DNA of 64,000 nt from Mobula hypostoma (taxonomy: Eukaryota). A model generated the notes under the pieces. That model made no database searches, was not told the DNA's origin, and was given only the letters and a program-made list of their open reading frames with translations. A program made the position numbers and the translations under genes. The stretch covers positions 33,916,001 to 33,980,000 of the forward strand of contig NC_086097.1 of NCBI RefSeq assembly GCF_963921235.1, read 5' to 3'. This document shows positions 1 through 11,849 of the stretch, one piece after another (positions within the stretch are counted from its first letter, which is position 1; each line of letters begins with the position of its first letter).

Positions 1-766
1 TCATGTTTATCACAGCAGGAACAAATGAATTAAATGTTTAAAAATGATACAATGTTCAGTTTTCATAAAAGAACTCTATCTTCAGTATGCTCTCTATATA
101 GGTGTATATATTTATATATTAACATAGTATCAAAATACTATGAATCAAAATTCAAACTTAAAGTCAGCATACATACTTTCCTATTAAAATGTACAAGTTT
201 AGCATTTTCGTTCATTCTTTAAGCTACAGTCACCAAATATACAAATGATCTTGTTCAAGTCCACACAATTCCAATATATACTCTTTATATTTCTGAATAA
301 AAACAAAGACAGGCTTAAACATGTATTGTGGTCCCTACTGAAAATCAGGTCAGGAAAGACTGCTTAACAAATTGCTTCCCACACATAATACGTGTGGTGA
401 AGTCCTGTGAAATAAAAAATTGATCTTCAGCACTCGTGCTGTTGAACACATTGTAATTTTGTGCTCATGTGAACAAGCAAGAGGCTGTAAAACAAACAGG
501 AAATCCAGATGTGGAGACAAATTGCTAAACCACAGGCGTAATTCTTAAAAACTCCATAGGAGGGAGTGAGCGCTCCTTATTTGACTTCAGTGTACACCAA
601 TCAGTCAGCAGTCTTCTTTTCAAATAATAGTCTTGGCTCTGTGTGAAAGGCTGCTTTAACTTTCAAAATAGCCAAAAGAAAACATTCTTTATAAATCAAA
701 GAAAGATACAATAGCAGCTTAAGAAGGTTCTTTTTCTTGATGGAATCCATTCACGCTCAGACATGC
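1..766 (-). other. Probable 3' UTR of SLC24A4 (may continue past the window edge)
   Basis: AT-rich, repeat-free sequence directly after the stop codon; no clear AATAAA identified on the minus strand. Confidence 0.6.
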
Positions 767-919
767 TTAAATGCTGGCATGGCACATTGGCAGGTTGACA
801 AATGTAAAGACATTGAATTCAATCATGATTGAGAAACACAAGAAAATAGCGTAGAGGACCAGCACATAAATACCAAGCTTTTTATCCAATTTCCATCCAT
901 TCACGTGGATACCAGCCAC
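767..919 (-). CDS. SLC24A4: SLC24A4 last coding exon (153 nt incl. TAA): VAGIHVNGWKLDKKLGIYVLVLYAIFLCFSIMIEFNVFTFVNLPMCHASI*
   Basis: Acceptor ttccag|GTG at 919; TAA at 769-767; translation matches the conserved NCKX3/4 C-terminus (FNVFTFVNLPMC). Not in the ORF track. Confidence 0.97.
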   Translation of the reverse strand: MAGIHVNGWKLDKKLGIYVLVLYAIFLCFSIMIEFNVFTFVNLPMCHASI

Positions 920-1324
920 CTGGAATCACAAACACCTTCAGTTACTACAGCAGAATTGAATACGGCCTCCTTATATACCGATAGCCGGTAGCTTTGAAGA
1001 TTAAGAATCGAAAAATATCTTCTAACTCAATACATGTAGTCTTCATGGAATTAGAGTTAAAATAAAAAAAAAACAAAGCAGAATGCGATGAAAGAATATA
1101 AAGTGCATCTATTATCTATTTTCCAAATTTTTCAGAGATGTGATTCGAACCAGCATTGAACATTTAGTAAAGATTTCTGTTGAAATTGTTCCCACTAGGA
1201 AGCTGACTTGGGCAATTCACTTCAGCTAATGACATCGCGCCCTGTACATTTAGGCATAAATTGGAGCCCATGATTTTTGTTCAGATCTGATAAAATGACT
1301 AGAAGTAGGAACAAGCAATAAAAA

Positions 1325-1642
1325 AATAAAGGTAAAAGATTAGCTTTATTTGTCACTTCTACACCGAAACATACAGTGAAGCGTGTAATCTAATCAAATC
1401 AGTGAGGATTATACCAGGGGGCAGTCCACAACTGCCACCACATTTCTGGTGCCCACAGACCATGCCCACAATTTACTAACTCTAATCTCTGGAACGTGGG
1501 AGGCAACTGATGCACTCAGAGTAAAACCATGTGGTCGTGGGAGGACATACAATCTCCTTATAGGCAGCGGCGGGAATTGGGCCCTGATCTTACAGTTAGT
1601 GCTGTAATAGTTTCACGTGAACTGTTATGCTGCAGTACGGCA
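1325..1642 (-). mobile_element. Degenerate V-SINE (HE1-like tRNA SINE)
   Basis: Same layout as the 6420-6687 copy (gtgggagg..., ctcctta..gcggcgggaatt), more diverged. Confidence 0.6.
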
Positions 1643-3584
1643 ATGAGACATTGCTTAAAGGATGTGTATATGATATTGATGTCCTGAGCATGGCAGCTGC
1701 TGAGTGTCTGATAAATCTTTGTTCCATTTCCTCTCGGGTAGCTGTATCCTTTGTCAGGTACATGATACTCCACGTGTAGTTTCACCAAGTCAATTTGATG
1801 CTCAGAATAATAGAAATCTCCATCCCTGTTTTCTCAGGCACTATTCCAGCCTTTTAACACATTCCACAACAGAAGTGTCTGTTGTAACCTCTGGGCCCTT
1901 CAGAGCTGAATCGAGTATTTCACACTGGCAAAGGGCCAGTTGTGGCACAAGGTAGACAGACAATTTATATGAGGATGGGGAATGGCTACGCTAATTGAAG
2001 ATTAGCAGGGCTCCCTCTCCTGTGTTTTCCATCAACTTCAGGCAGGTTTGCAATGAGATGTTCAGCAGCTGGCATGGGGAGAGCTCCTTAAAATGCTGAA
2101 GACCTTCCAGTGCAGTGAGAAGCAAATATCCCACTTTAACCAAAGGTTCTGTGTGCAAAAACACAAGAATCATGGGTCATGAGGTTACCAAGGGATACCA
2201 GAACCATGAAGTTGGGCAAACCTGGATTGTTTTCTCCGAAGTATTGGAGGCAGAGGGGATAACTGAATGACATATTTAAAATTATGAGGGAGGGGTATGG
2301 TCAGATAAACAGTCAGAGATTTTTCTCCCCAGTATGAAATGAGAGGGAGCTAGGGTGCCCAAGACCTCTGCACAGTACTGTATCCGCCAACGTGGAGTGG
2401 AGGATGAGTTTGTAAATGTAGTGGGAGCACAAGACATTGGGAATGGCGAGTGTGGAGCGCCATGGGAGGTGTTTGGGAGAGGTGGCAGCAAACAGTGCCG
2501 GGGCAGGGGGGGTTGTGCGGCAAAGATGCAGCCGCACCCAGCCCGGAGACACCAGGCAAGATCATTTCATTCCAAACAATTGATTCATTGACCATTACAG
2601 AATGTCTCTCTGGTGCTTCCCACTTCCTCTCCTCTCCCTTCCCCTTTTTCCAACAGTGATTTCCCTCTCCCTACCCACATCCCACTCTCAACCCATATCA
2701 AAATCAGATTTACCATCACTCACGTATGTCATGAAATTTGTTTTTGTTTTGCGGCAGCAGTACAGTCTAATATATAAAATTATATATTTACACAGAGAAT
2801 GGCCAGTGCCTAGAATGCACTGCTGGAGGAAACAGATACCAGGGGATTTGGTGGAAGAGGAAAAGGTGGAAGCAGATGTGACAACGATGTTTAAGAAGTG
2901 GTTGTTTGGACAGGCACATAATCAGGCAGCAACTGGGAGATATAGACACTTGTAAAGATTAAAATATTATCTTTAATTGTCACCTGTACATCAAAACATT
3001 GAAACATACAGTGAAGTGCATCATTTGCGTCAATGACAAATATGCGCTGGGGGCAACTCACAAATGTTGCCACGATGTCGGCACCAACATAGCAGGCCCA
3101 CAGCTTACTAACCCCAACCACTCGCAGGCAGATGTGCAGTTTAATGTGACACCACGGTCAGTACAGACATGGTAGACCATGGGGATTGTTTAATTGCTGG
3201 ACTGTTTCAAGAATTTTGAAAACTCAATAAAAATTATATTTAAAAAAAAGAATTAGGATCAGTCCTCCTAGGTGTTTGAATCTACTCCACCATTTGTCAA
3301 TATTTTGGCTGACTTTCTATCTCAGCTCCATTGCTTGTATTATCCCCACAATATCTGGAAATCTATCAATTTCTGTCTTGAATGGCCTTGCAGAGTGTAG
3401 AATTCCCAGTGATCACCACACTCCAGATGAAAAAAAAATCTTATCTCAGTCCGAAACAACCTGCTCCTTAGTCTGGGACTGTGACCCCTGCTTATGGATT
3501 TCTCAGCTAGGGGGAACATCTCCCATGCATCTGTTGAGCACTGTAAGAATTTTGTTTCAATGAGATTAAAACACATTGTAATAA

Positions 3585-4805
3585 ACATAGAACATAGAAA
3601 GCTACAGCACATTACCAGCCCTTTGGTCCACAATGTTGTGCCAAACTTGTAACCTACTCTAGAAGCTGCCTAGAATTTCCTTACAGCATAGCCCTCTATT
3701 TTTCTAAGCTCCATGTGCCTATCTAAGAGTCTCTTAAAAGACCCTATTGTACCCGTCTCTACCACCTTCACTGGCAGTACATTTCATCCACCCACCACTC
3801 TCTGAGTGAAAAACTTACCCCTGACATCCCCCTTGTACCTACTTCCAAGCACTTTAAAACTATGTCCCCTTGTGTTAGCCATTTCAGCCCTGGAGTAAAG
3901 ACCTCTGACTATCCACACGATCAATGCCTCTCATCATCTTATACACCTCTGTCAAGTCATCTCTCATTCTCTGTTGCTCCAAGGAGAAAAGGCTGAGTTC
4001 GCTCAAACTATTCTCATAAGACATGCTCCCCAATCCAGGCAACATCCTTGTAAATCTCCTCTGCACTCTCTCTAGAGTATCTACATCCTTCCTGTAATGA
4101 GGTGGCCAGAACTGAACACAGTACTCCAAGTGGGGTCTGACTAAAGTCTTATATAGCTGTAACATTACCTCACAGCTCCGGAACACAATCCTACAGTTGA
4201 TGAAGGCCATTGCACCACATGCCTTCTTAACAACACTGTTAAACTGCGCAGCAGCTTTGAGTGTCCTATGGACATGGACCCCAAGATCTTGCTGATCCTC
4301 CACACTGCCAAGAGTTTCAAGAGTCTTACCATTAATATTATATTCTGTCTTCAAATTTGACTTATTGAAATGAACCACTTCACACTTATCTGGGTTGAAC
4401 TCCATCTACCACTTCTCAGTGGAGTTCTGCATCCTATCAATGTCTCTGATAACCCTCCAGGCTATCTACACCACCCCAACCTTTGTGTCATCAGCAAACT
4501 TACTAGCCCACACTTCTACTTCCTCATCCAGGTCATTTATAAAAAATCACAAAGAGGAGGGGTCCCAGAACAGATCCCTGCAGAACACTACTGGTCATCG
4601 ACCTCCATGCAGAATACGAACCATCTCCAACCACCCTTTTCCTTTTGTGGGCAAGTCAATTCTGGATCCACAAAACAAGGTCTCCTTGGATCCCATGCCT
4701 CATTACTTTCTGAATGAACCTTGCATGGGGAACCTTATCAAATGCCATACTGAAATCCATATACACTACATCCACTGCTCTATCTTCATCAATGTGTTTT
4801 GTTAC
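3585..4805 (-). mobile_element. CR1 LINE 3' fragment (ORF2 RT C-terminus)
   Basis: ORF 3884-4405 (FNPDKCEVVH, LYKTLVRPHLEYCVQFW, LERVQRRFTRM) and a (CTATGTT)n-type tail at ~3585-3600. Confidence 0.9.
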
Positions 4806-5969
4806 ACGAGTGTATATCAGTCACTCCTCGTGTGGAAAACCCACCATCCCAAAAAGTCTGCTAAATCTTTGTTCCATTTCTTCCTCTAAAGGTATATATC
4901 TTTTGTCAGGTACACAAAGCTCCAGTTTTATTTCCTTCCATAGATGCCGCCTGACTTGCTGAGCTCCTCTAGCATTTTGTGTGCATTACTCAAGATTTCC
5001 AGCATCTGCAGAATCTCTTGTGTTTACTTTGTGCTGAATAATGCTTGATACATCTAACAACACATCTTATAGATCATACCTATTCTTGGTGGGTCAATGC
5101 TTCAAATGCAGCACTCCATCATTCCAACTAACCACTTCCGTTTCAATACACTGAATCTATGAAGTTGGTGAATTTTGACTGTTAGCAACAGTTGTGCCAT
5201 AAACCCTTGAACTCAGGAGGAGGAGAAACATCAAAAATATCAACCGGGAGTCTGACTCCTGATTGGGGATGGGGGGCGTGGGGGGTCCTGCACACAACTT
5301 TGTAAAGTGCAGATATTAGGGGGTGGTATGAAGTCCTCTGAAATCTAATAATTATTGCTAAGTGCTAGCAAGATTTCCACGGATAGCATATTGCTACAGA
5401 TACAGGATAATGTTTAATTAACCTTCCTAGGAGAGTAAACTGTAAATATCTACTGCATTATAAAGCTTTTCTAACTGCCCCTTTCTGTGCATCTCCTAAA
5501 GTGATAAGATCCACTGATAGATTTTACTTATAGTTCTCGGATAATAAATAGACATAGATGATTAAAACTATAATTGGCGGAGCTATTAAATAAGACGGAA
5601 TTGCTATGTACCGAGATAGGTTTCAGCAGATTCTTATCAGTGTACCTGAAGAGGCACGTGGGACTGATTAATAGAAGAAAGGCAAACCATTGTTTACTAT
5701 TCAACTGTAAACAAGCATCTAACTAGATAATCAAGTACATGGGTTGTTAAAGTGCAGAACAGCAACTGAAACCTCAGTAGCTTTCTGTCTAATGATTACT
5801 GCTCTTAGACTGGTGAATGCAGCCATTAACCTGATGAGTATACTCCCATACTATATATTAAGTACATCACTTGGCCGAAGAACACAGGTATTTTGAGGGC
5901 AGGGTGGAAGTCGTCTGGAGATACAGACAGTGACATTGAGAAAGGGGAGGGAGGTGTCGGAGGTTGTAG

Positions 5970-6392
5970 GAGCAACACCTTTTATTCTGTATGGATAATC
6001 TCCAACCAGATGGCATGAACATCGATTTCTCAAACTTCCAGTAATGCCCACCACCAACAGCCCCTCGCCCCCATTTCCCTTCCCCTTTTCCCTCTCTCAC
6101 CTCATCTCCTTGCCACCCCATCGCCTCTCTCTGGTGTTCCTCCCCCCCTTTCCTTTCTTCCAGGGTCTTCTGTCTCTTTCACCAATCAACTTCCCAGGCC
6201 TTTACTTCATCCCTCCCCCTGCAGGACTCACTGATCACTTTCTGTTCCTCTCTTACCTCTTCCCACCTTTTAAATCTACTCAGTCTTTTTTTTCCAGTCC
6301 TGCTGAAGGATTTCTGCTCAAAACATTGACTGTACTTTTTTCCTGGATGCAGCCTGGCCTGCTGAGTTCCTCCAGCATTTTGTGTGTGTTGC
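5970..6392 (+). mobile_element. Penelope-like element 3' fragment with pLTR
   Basis: Nucleotide similarity to the GIY-YIG end and pLTR of the 16768-17826 copy (gagttcctccagcattttgtgtgtgttgc). Confidence 0.75.
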
Positions 6393-6419
6393 TGCTAAAT
6401 GCAATTCTGGTCTGAGAGT

Positions 6420-6687
6420 TTATTTATTCAGATGGTTATTGGAACGTAGTGGTCCTTTGAGCCACGCCGCACAGCAATCCCGGGATTTAATCATGAGACA
6501 ATTTACAATGACCAATTAACCTATCAACCGGTACATCTTCGGGCTGTGGGAGGAAACCAGAGCACCCGGAAGAAAGTCACGCGGTCACGGGGAGAACCTG
6601 CAAACTCCTTACAGACATCGCGGGAATTGAACCTGGGTCACTGGAACTGTAAAGCATTGTGCTAACCACTACGCTACTGTGCTGTCC
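6420..6687 (-). mobile_element. V-SINE (HE1-like) tRNA-derived SINE
   Basis: Minus-strand head with A box TAGCGTAGTGG and B box GGTTCAATTCC, followed by the V-domain-type CGGGTGCTCTGGTTTCCTCCCAC. Confidence 0.8.
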
Positions 6688-7662
6688 CATGGCAGTTAGG
6701 TCTATAGATGGTGTTCAATTTCTACGACTAGATCTAGATCAAGTCAAGTCACTTTTTATTGTCATTTTGACCATAACTGCTGGTACAGTACACAGTAAAA
6801 ATGAGACGTTTTACAGGACCATGGTGCTACATGAAACAGTACAAAAACTACACTGAACTACGTAAAACAACACAAAAACTACACTAGACTACAGACCTAC
6901 CCAGGACTGCATAAAGTGCACAAAACAGTGCAGGCATTACAATGAATAATAAACAAGACAATAGGCACAGTAGAGGGCAGTAGGTTGGTGTCAGTCCAGG
7001 CTCTGGGTATTGAGGAGTCTGATGACTTTGGGGAAGAAACTGTGACATAAATATACTTTGGGATTGGATCTATCTTCAATAAAACAAGTTTCTTACAGAA
7101 TAGCAGTGCTGTACACTTGATCAGGTCAAGTACTAAATATACGAAACATATATTGCAGGGAAAATTAATAAAGCCAATCATCAACGGAAGAGATCTTGGT
7201 GGTACTTGTTCATTAATCTGTAAAGATCCATGGATAATGATGTGAAGTTATCCCCAAAGCAGAGAAGGTTCTAGTGTAACCCTAACCATAAACATACATC
7301 TTTAGAATGAGGGAGGAAGCTGGAGGAAACCCATGCAGTCACAGGCAGAACGTACAAACTCCTTACAGACAGTGGCGTGAATACAGTCATCAACTGGACT
7401 GAACACCAATATTTACAGTCCTATTGAATGGACTCCTGCATCAAGTGATCTGTGGTTTTTTTTGGAGCCATGATGTTCAAGAGCTTGGAAACAAATTGCT
7501 CTGCTCCTGCCATTTCAGCGCACTCCAGCTTGAGACAATCACTGGCCATGATAGACCTGCAGATCACAGAACTACCAACCCTTACTCATTTTACGCCACA
7601 GATTTGTTGATAGAGTTGCGCCACTGGGGACCATTTGCATCAGCAAAATATCGCCTACTCAC

Positions 7663-7728
7663 CGTGAGTGCCACGGATCCTAAAAGAAGTATGACAGAAT
7701 AAACAAGGCCTCTGCTGTTGATGCGTAC
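7663..7728 (-). CDS. SLC24A4: SLC24A4 exon (66 nt): VRINSRGLVYSVILLLGSVALT
   Basis: ttttccag|GTA...ACG|gtgagt; phase 0/0; near-identical to the NCKX4 segment. Confidence 0.96.
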
Positions 7729-8687
7729 CTGGAAAACAGAGGGCATCCATTTTGTCAAAAAGAGAAGGTTACAGTGATCCAGATAAACTGAAAGGTGAAT
7801 AATGACTTATGCCTCAGGACATTTGAAAGACACTTTCTGAGATGAATTACCAAGGAAAGGAGGTCAGGGCTTTTAATTAGAACATTACTTGAAGTTGATG
7901 AAATTTTCTAATCGTTTGATTTCTATTAACAAATTCCTTAAGTGTGTCTAAATAACTTGGTTATTATAAATTGAGATCCAAAAGTAGCATTTGTACCTCC
8001 AAATTGTTTTTTTTGTGATGTTTAAGAGAGAATAATTCATTAGCAAAAAGATGGGCAGAAGTAAAAAGAAAAATGATTTCAGTTATAAGATACACAGACA
8101 GGCAAGAGTACATTTATCCTGTATCTAAAAGTGCAGCTTTGCATCTCATAACTCCTGTGTTAGTGGGAAAAGTACAACATACTACCAAGCTTGGTTAGAT
8201 TGTTATTAATTACTTGAATAAAATCAAAAAGTGCAGCTATAATGTCAAAGCTTTAGAAGTCAACCTTTTACACCTCATAAAAGTGATGCTAGTGGATGTT
8301 AATATTCATTGATCAAATGTATCTAACAAAGTTTTTTTTTAGAATTATTGTATTCTTTTCCGTTTTTCAACCAAAGGAGATCATTTAGACAGTATTCATT
8401 TTTTCACGCCAGAAACCAACAGGCAAAGAGGATGTGTAACTTTCCTATGACCACAGTGATGAAGGGTGTGAGTGAATGACAAAGCATTACTGCTGCCTAT
8501 CAACATGGACATGTACAGAACCCAAAGGGGCTCCGTTCTTAAATTGTGCAGCTGCGGAACCAGCGGTGATAAACTATGGAGATCAGTTTTGTAGGAGAAA
8601 TTTCTGATCTGCCGTGAGATATATTTCAGGTCCTTGTCCACACTGAAACCAGCAGTCTAATGGAAGCAAGCTGAGCCCAGATGGAGC

Positions 8688-9405
8688 CACACTCACAATG
8701 CGTTGGAGGAACTCAGCAGGTCGGGCAGCATCCGTGGAAATGATCAGTCAATATTTCAGGCCGGAACCCTTCGTCAGGACTGTAGAGGGAAGGGGCAGAG
8801 GCCCTATAAAGAAGGTGGGGGGAGGGTGGGAAGGAGAAGGCTGGTAGGTGCCAGGCGAAAAACCAATAAGGGGAAAGATAAAGGGGTGGGAGAGAGGAAG
8901 CAGGGAGGGGATAGGCAGGAAAGGTGAAGAAGGAATAGGGGAAAACACAATGGGTAGTAGAAGGAGGCAGAACCATGAGTGAGGTGATAGGCAGCTGGAG
9001 GAGGGGGCAGAGTGAAACTGGGATGGGGGAAGGGAGGGGGAGGGAATTACCGGAAGAAGGAGAATTCTATGTTCAGACCAAGGGGCTGGAGACTACCTAG
9101 ATGGTATATGAGGTGTTGCTCCTCCAACCTGAGTTTGGCCTCATCATGGCAGTAGAGGAGGCCATGTATGGACCTATCTGAATGGGAGTGAGAAGCAGAG
9201 TTGAAGTGGGTGGCTACCGGGAGATCCTGTCTGTTGTGGTGGACGAAGCGGAGGTGCTCGAAGAAGCGGTCCCCCAATCTGTGTTAGGTTTCACTGATGT
9301 AGAGGAGGCCGCACCGGGAGCACCGGATGCAATAGATGACCCCAACAGACTCACAAGTGAAGTGTTGTCTCACTTGGAAGGACTGTTTGGGGCCCTGAAT
9401 GGTGG
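8688..9405 (-). mobile_element. Penelope-like retroelement fragment (GIY-YIG endonuclease + pLTR)
   Basis: ORFs 9284-9493 and 9047-9277: FTCESVGVIYCIRCSRCGLLYISET...RFFEHL...PVATHFN...LEEQHLIYHLGSLQPLGLN. Confidence 0.9.
8745..8782 (-). ncRNA. Minimal hammerhead ribozyme-like motif in Penelope pLTR (core partly degenerate)
   Basis: CAGUC-CUGACGA-A-GGGUUCCGGCCU-GAAAUAUU-GACUG: perfect stem I CAGUC/GACUG, with CUGANGA and GAAA boxes. Confidence 0.6.
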
Positions 9406-9664
9406 CAAGAGCAACAGACTCCAGGGTGTTGTGAGTGTTGCTTTGACCCCAGCATCTGCAGGTTATTTTGAGCTCAAATGGAGGCTGCCACATCAGGTGG
9501 CAGATGCTGCCTCATCTTTGGGTTAAGAAGCTACAACAGCACAGCACAGGCTCTTTGGCCAATCGTGCCTGAGCTAATCTCACTACTCCCATTTCTCTGT
9601 GCATGCTTTGTATCCCTCTTTCCCTGCCTGTTCATGTGTCTGCCTAAATGTCTCTTAAAACAGT

Positions 9665-9990
9665 TAACATTTGGTAGGGGAGTCTTGGACAAGAGGGCAC
9701 GACTTCAGGATTGAAGGACATCCATTTAGAACAGAGATGAGGAGAAATTACTTTAGTCAGAGGGTGGTAAATCTGTGGAATTTGTTGCTACGAGTGGCTA
9801 TGGAGGGCAAGTCATTGAGTGCATTTAAAGCAGAGATAGATAGGTTCTTGATTAGCCAGGGCATCAAAGGGTATGGGGAGAAAGCAGGGGAGTGGGGATG
9901 ACTGGAAGAATTGGACCAGCCCTTAATTGAATGGCGGAGCAGACATGATGGACCAAATGGCCTACTTCTGCTCCTATATCTTACGGTCTT
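9665..9990 (+). mobile_element. CR1 LINE 3' end
   Basis: ORF 9671-9901 (RRNYFSQRVVNLWN...FKAEIDRFL) plus the conserved 3' UTR and tail. Confidence 0.85.
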
Positions 9991-10999
9991 GTAAAACACT
10001 GCTGTCGTATCTTCTTCCACCACCTCTCTTGGCAGTGATCCAGACACCTAGCTCACTCTGTGTAACATCTCCTTTAAACATTCACCCCCTCACCTTACGC
10101 CTATTCCCTCCAGTTCCTCCCTGAGAAACAGGCTCTATCTGTGCCTCTCACAATTTTATACACTTCTATCAGGTCTCCCTTCAGCCTCTAGCAATCCAAG
10201 TGTGTCCACGCTCCCAGACACAAAACTCAAGCTTCCTGCAGACTTCCTCATGCAGCGTAAGACATAGGGACTGAATTAGGCCATGCAGCCCTTCAAGTCC
10301 GCTTCACCAATGGATTGTGGCTGATTTATTATTTCTCTCAACCCCATTCTCCTGCCTTCTCCCTGTAACCTTTTACCCCCTGACTATTCAAGAACCTATC
10401 AACCTCCACCTTAAATATACCCAATAATTTGGGCTCCACGGCCATCTGTGGCAATGAGTTCCACAGATTCACCACCCTAAGGCCCCCTACCCTCCCACAT
10501 CTCCCTGACTTTGTGCCTCCTCCACCAGGATTTTCTATGCAGTGTCTGAAAGCAATACAGCCAGCTCTGTCCCACTCTGCACCACCATTTACTGTTCCAG
10601 TTTATGATAATTGGAGAGTGACTATCCCTCAGCCTTCAAAGACTTACAAAGCCTCCAGGGTAACCTTTGGAACACAAGATAGCTTTTACAATAATTACCC
10701 ACTCATAAATCCAGAACTCCACAGATGCATCCAACTATTAACATGATTGGTGAAGCCTGGACATTAACGTTAGTCAACTGGAGAGGGTGTTGCCTGCGCT
10801 GCAAACAATAAGCCTGACGATTCCAGTTCACATTTTCAGGGTGGTGGCCAATCCAAAAGGCTGGAGTTTTTTTTTCAAATATCCAGCCACTAATATTTCA
10901 AACCAGACAACCAGAGAATAAGAAGGGCAAGGCTTCGAGGCCTATCATTTCTTCAACCATTCCTGTTGGTGCTTGATCTGATGAAAAGAACATACTTAC

Positions 11000-11112
11000 A
11001 AAGGATCCGGTGTTAATAATTATCGTCTGAAGTCCCCATGGAAGACCTAGGCCAACAAGGATATCAAACACGTTGCTTCCGACTGTGTTGGACACGGCCA
11101 TGTCTCCCATTC
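11000..11112 (-). CDS. SLC24A4: SLC24A4 exon (113 nt): (G)[37 protein letters not shown]
   Basis: Acceptor ctataaag|GA, donor TTT|gtaagt; phase 1/0; contains the GSNxFD motif whose Asp confers K+ dependence in NCKX proteins. Confidence 0.96.
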
Positions 11113-11849
11113 CTTTATAGAAAGAAAAATAAATGTTTTCAGAAAGTTCGGTTTTGTTATCTGAATGGGTTGGGATCCAGGAGGTTTATAATTGCTCTGT
11201 CATTCATTACACCTGAGTTGTCTTGACTGCTTTAATTCACACCTCCTGGTCTATTCAGCCTGATTATATTCTCTCGAAGTCTCTCTGTATCCTCTTCATC
11301 ACCTACCAAGCCACTAGGTTAGTATCAATAGCAAAGGATTAAGGAATCACAGACTAAGAAAGGAGGAAGTATACTGCAAAATAAGGAACTGGCAAAGCAA
11401 TTCAGCAAACATTAAATGGATGCAGAAAAATTTTTGGGGATATAATCCGTTTAAATGAAGAGCAAGGAGATGGCAGATAATGTGGTTAAATATGAAACAC
11501 ACAAATTTCTGACAGGCTAGATACTAAGATGATACCACTTTTAAAATGGTTACCTTCACCAACCTTTTTCCAGGACAACATGGATGAACAGTAGGTCACA
11601 GTCACAAAATAAAGGATCCATCATTCAGAGATGAGAAGAACTGCCTTCACCTAGAGGGCAGTGAAGCTTTAGAAATCACTACCCAAGAGAGCTGTGGAGG
11701 CTTAGTCACTCACTGTATTCAGGACAGAAATCAAAAGTTGTTTTGGAATTAAAAGTACCAAGGGATTTGGGCCTAGTGCAGGAAGTGTTGCTGAGGTAAA
11801 AGATTTGCCATGATATTAATGAATTACCTTTCGCTGATCTTAATTCTTA

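Noticed and set aside
4370..4962. Plus-strand ORFs here and similar ones elsewhere (e.g. 13407-13673, 53047-53400)
   Set aside because: Antisense or alternative-frame shadows of CR1/Penelope coding sequence.
6610..6687. tRNA gene
   Set aside because: A/B boxes are present but continue into a V-SINE body, with no complete cloverleaf; it is a SINE head.
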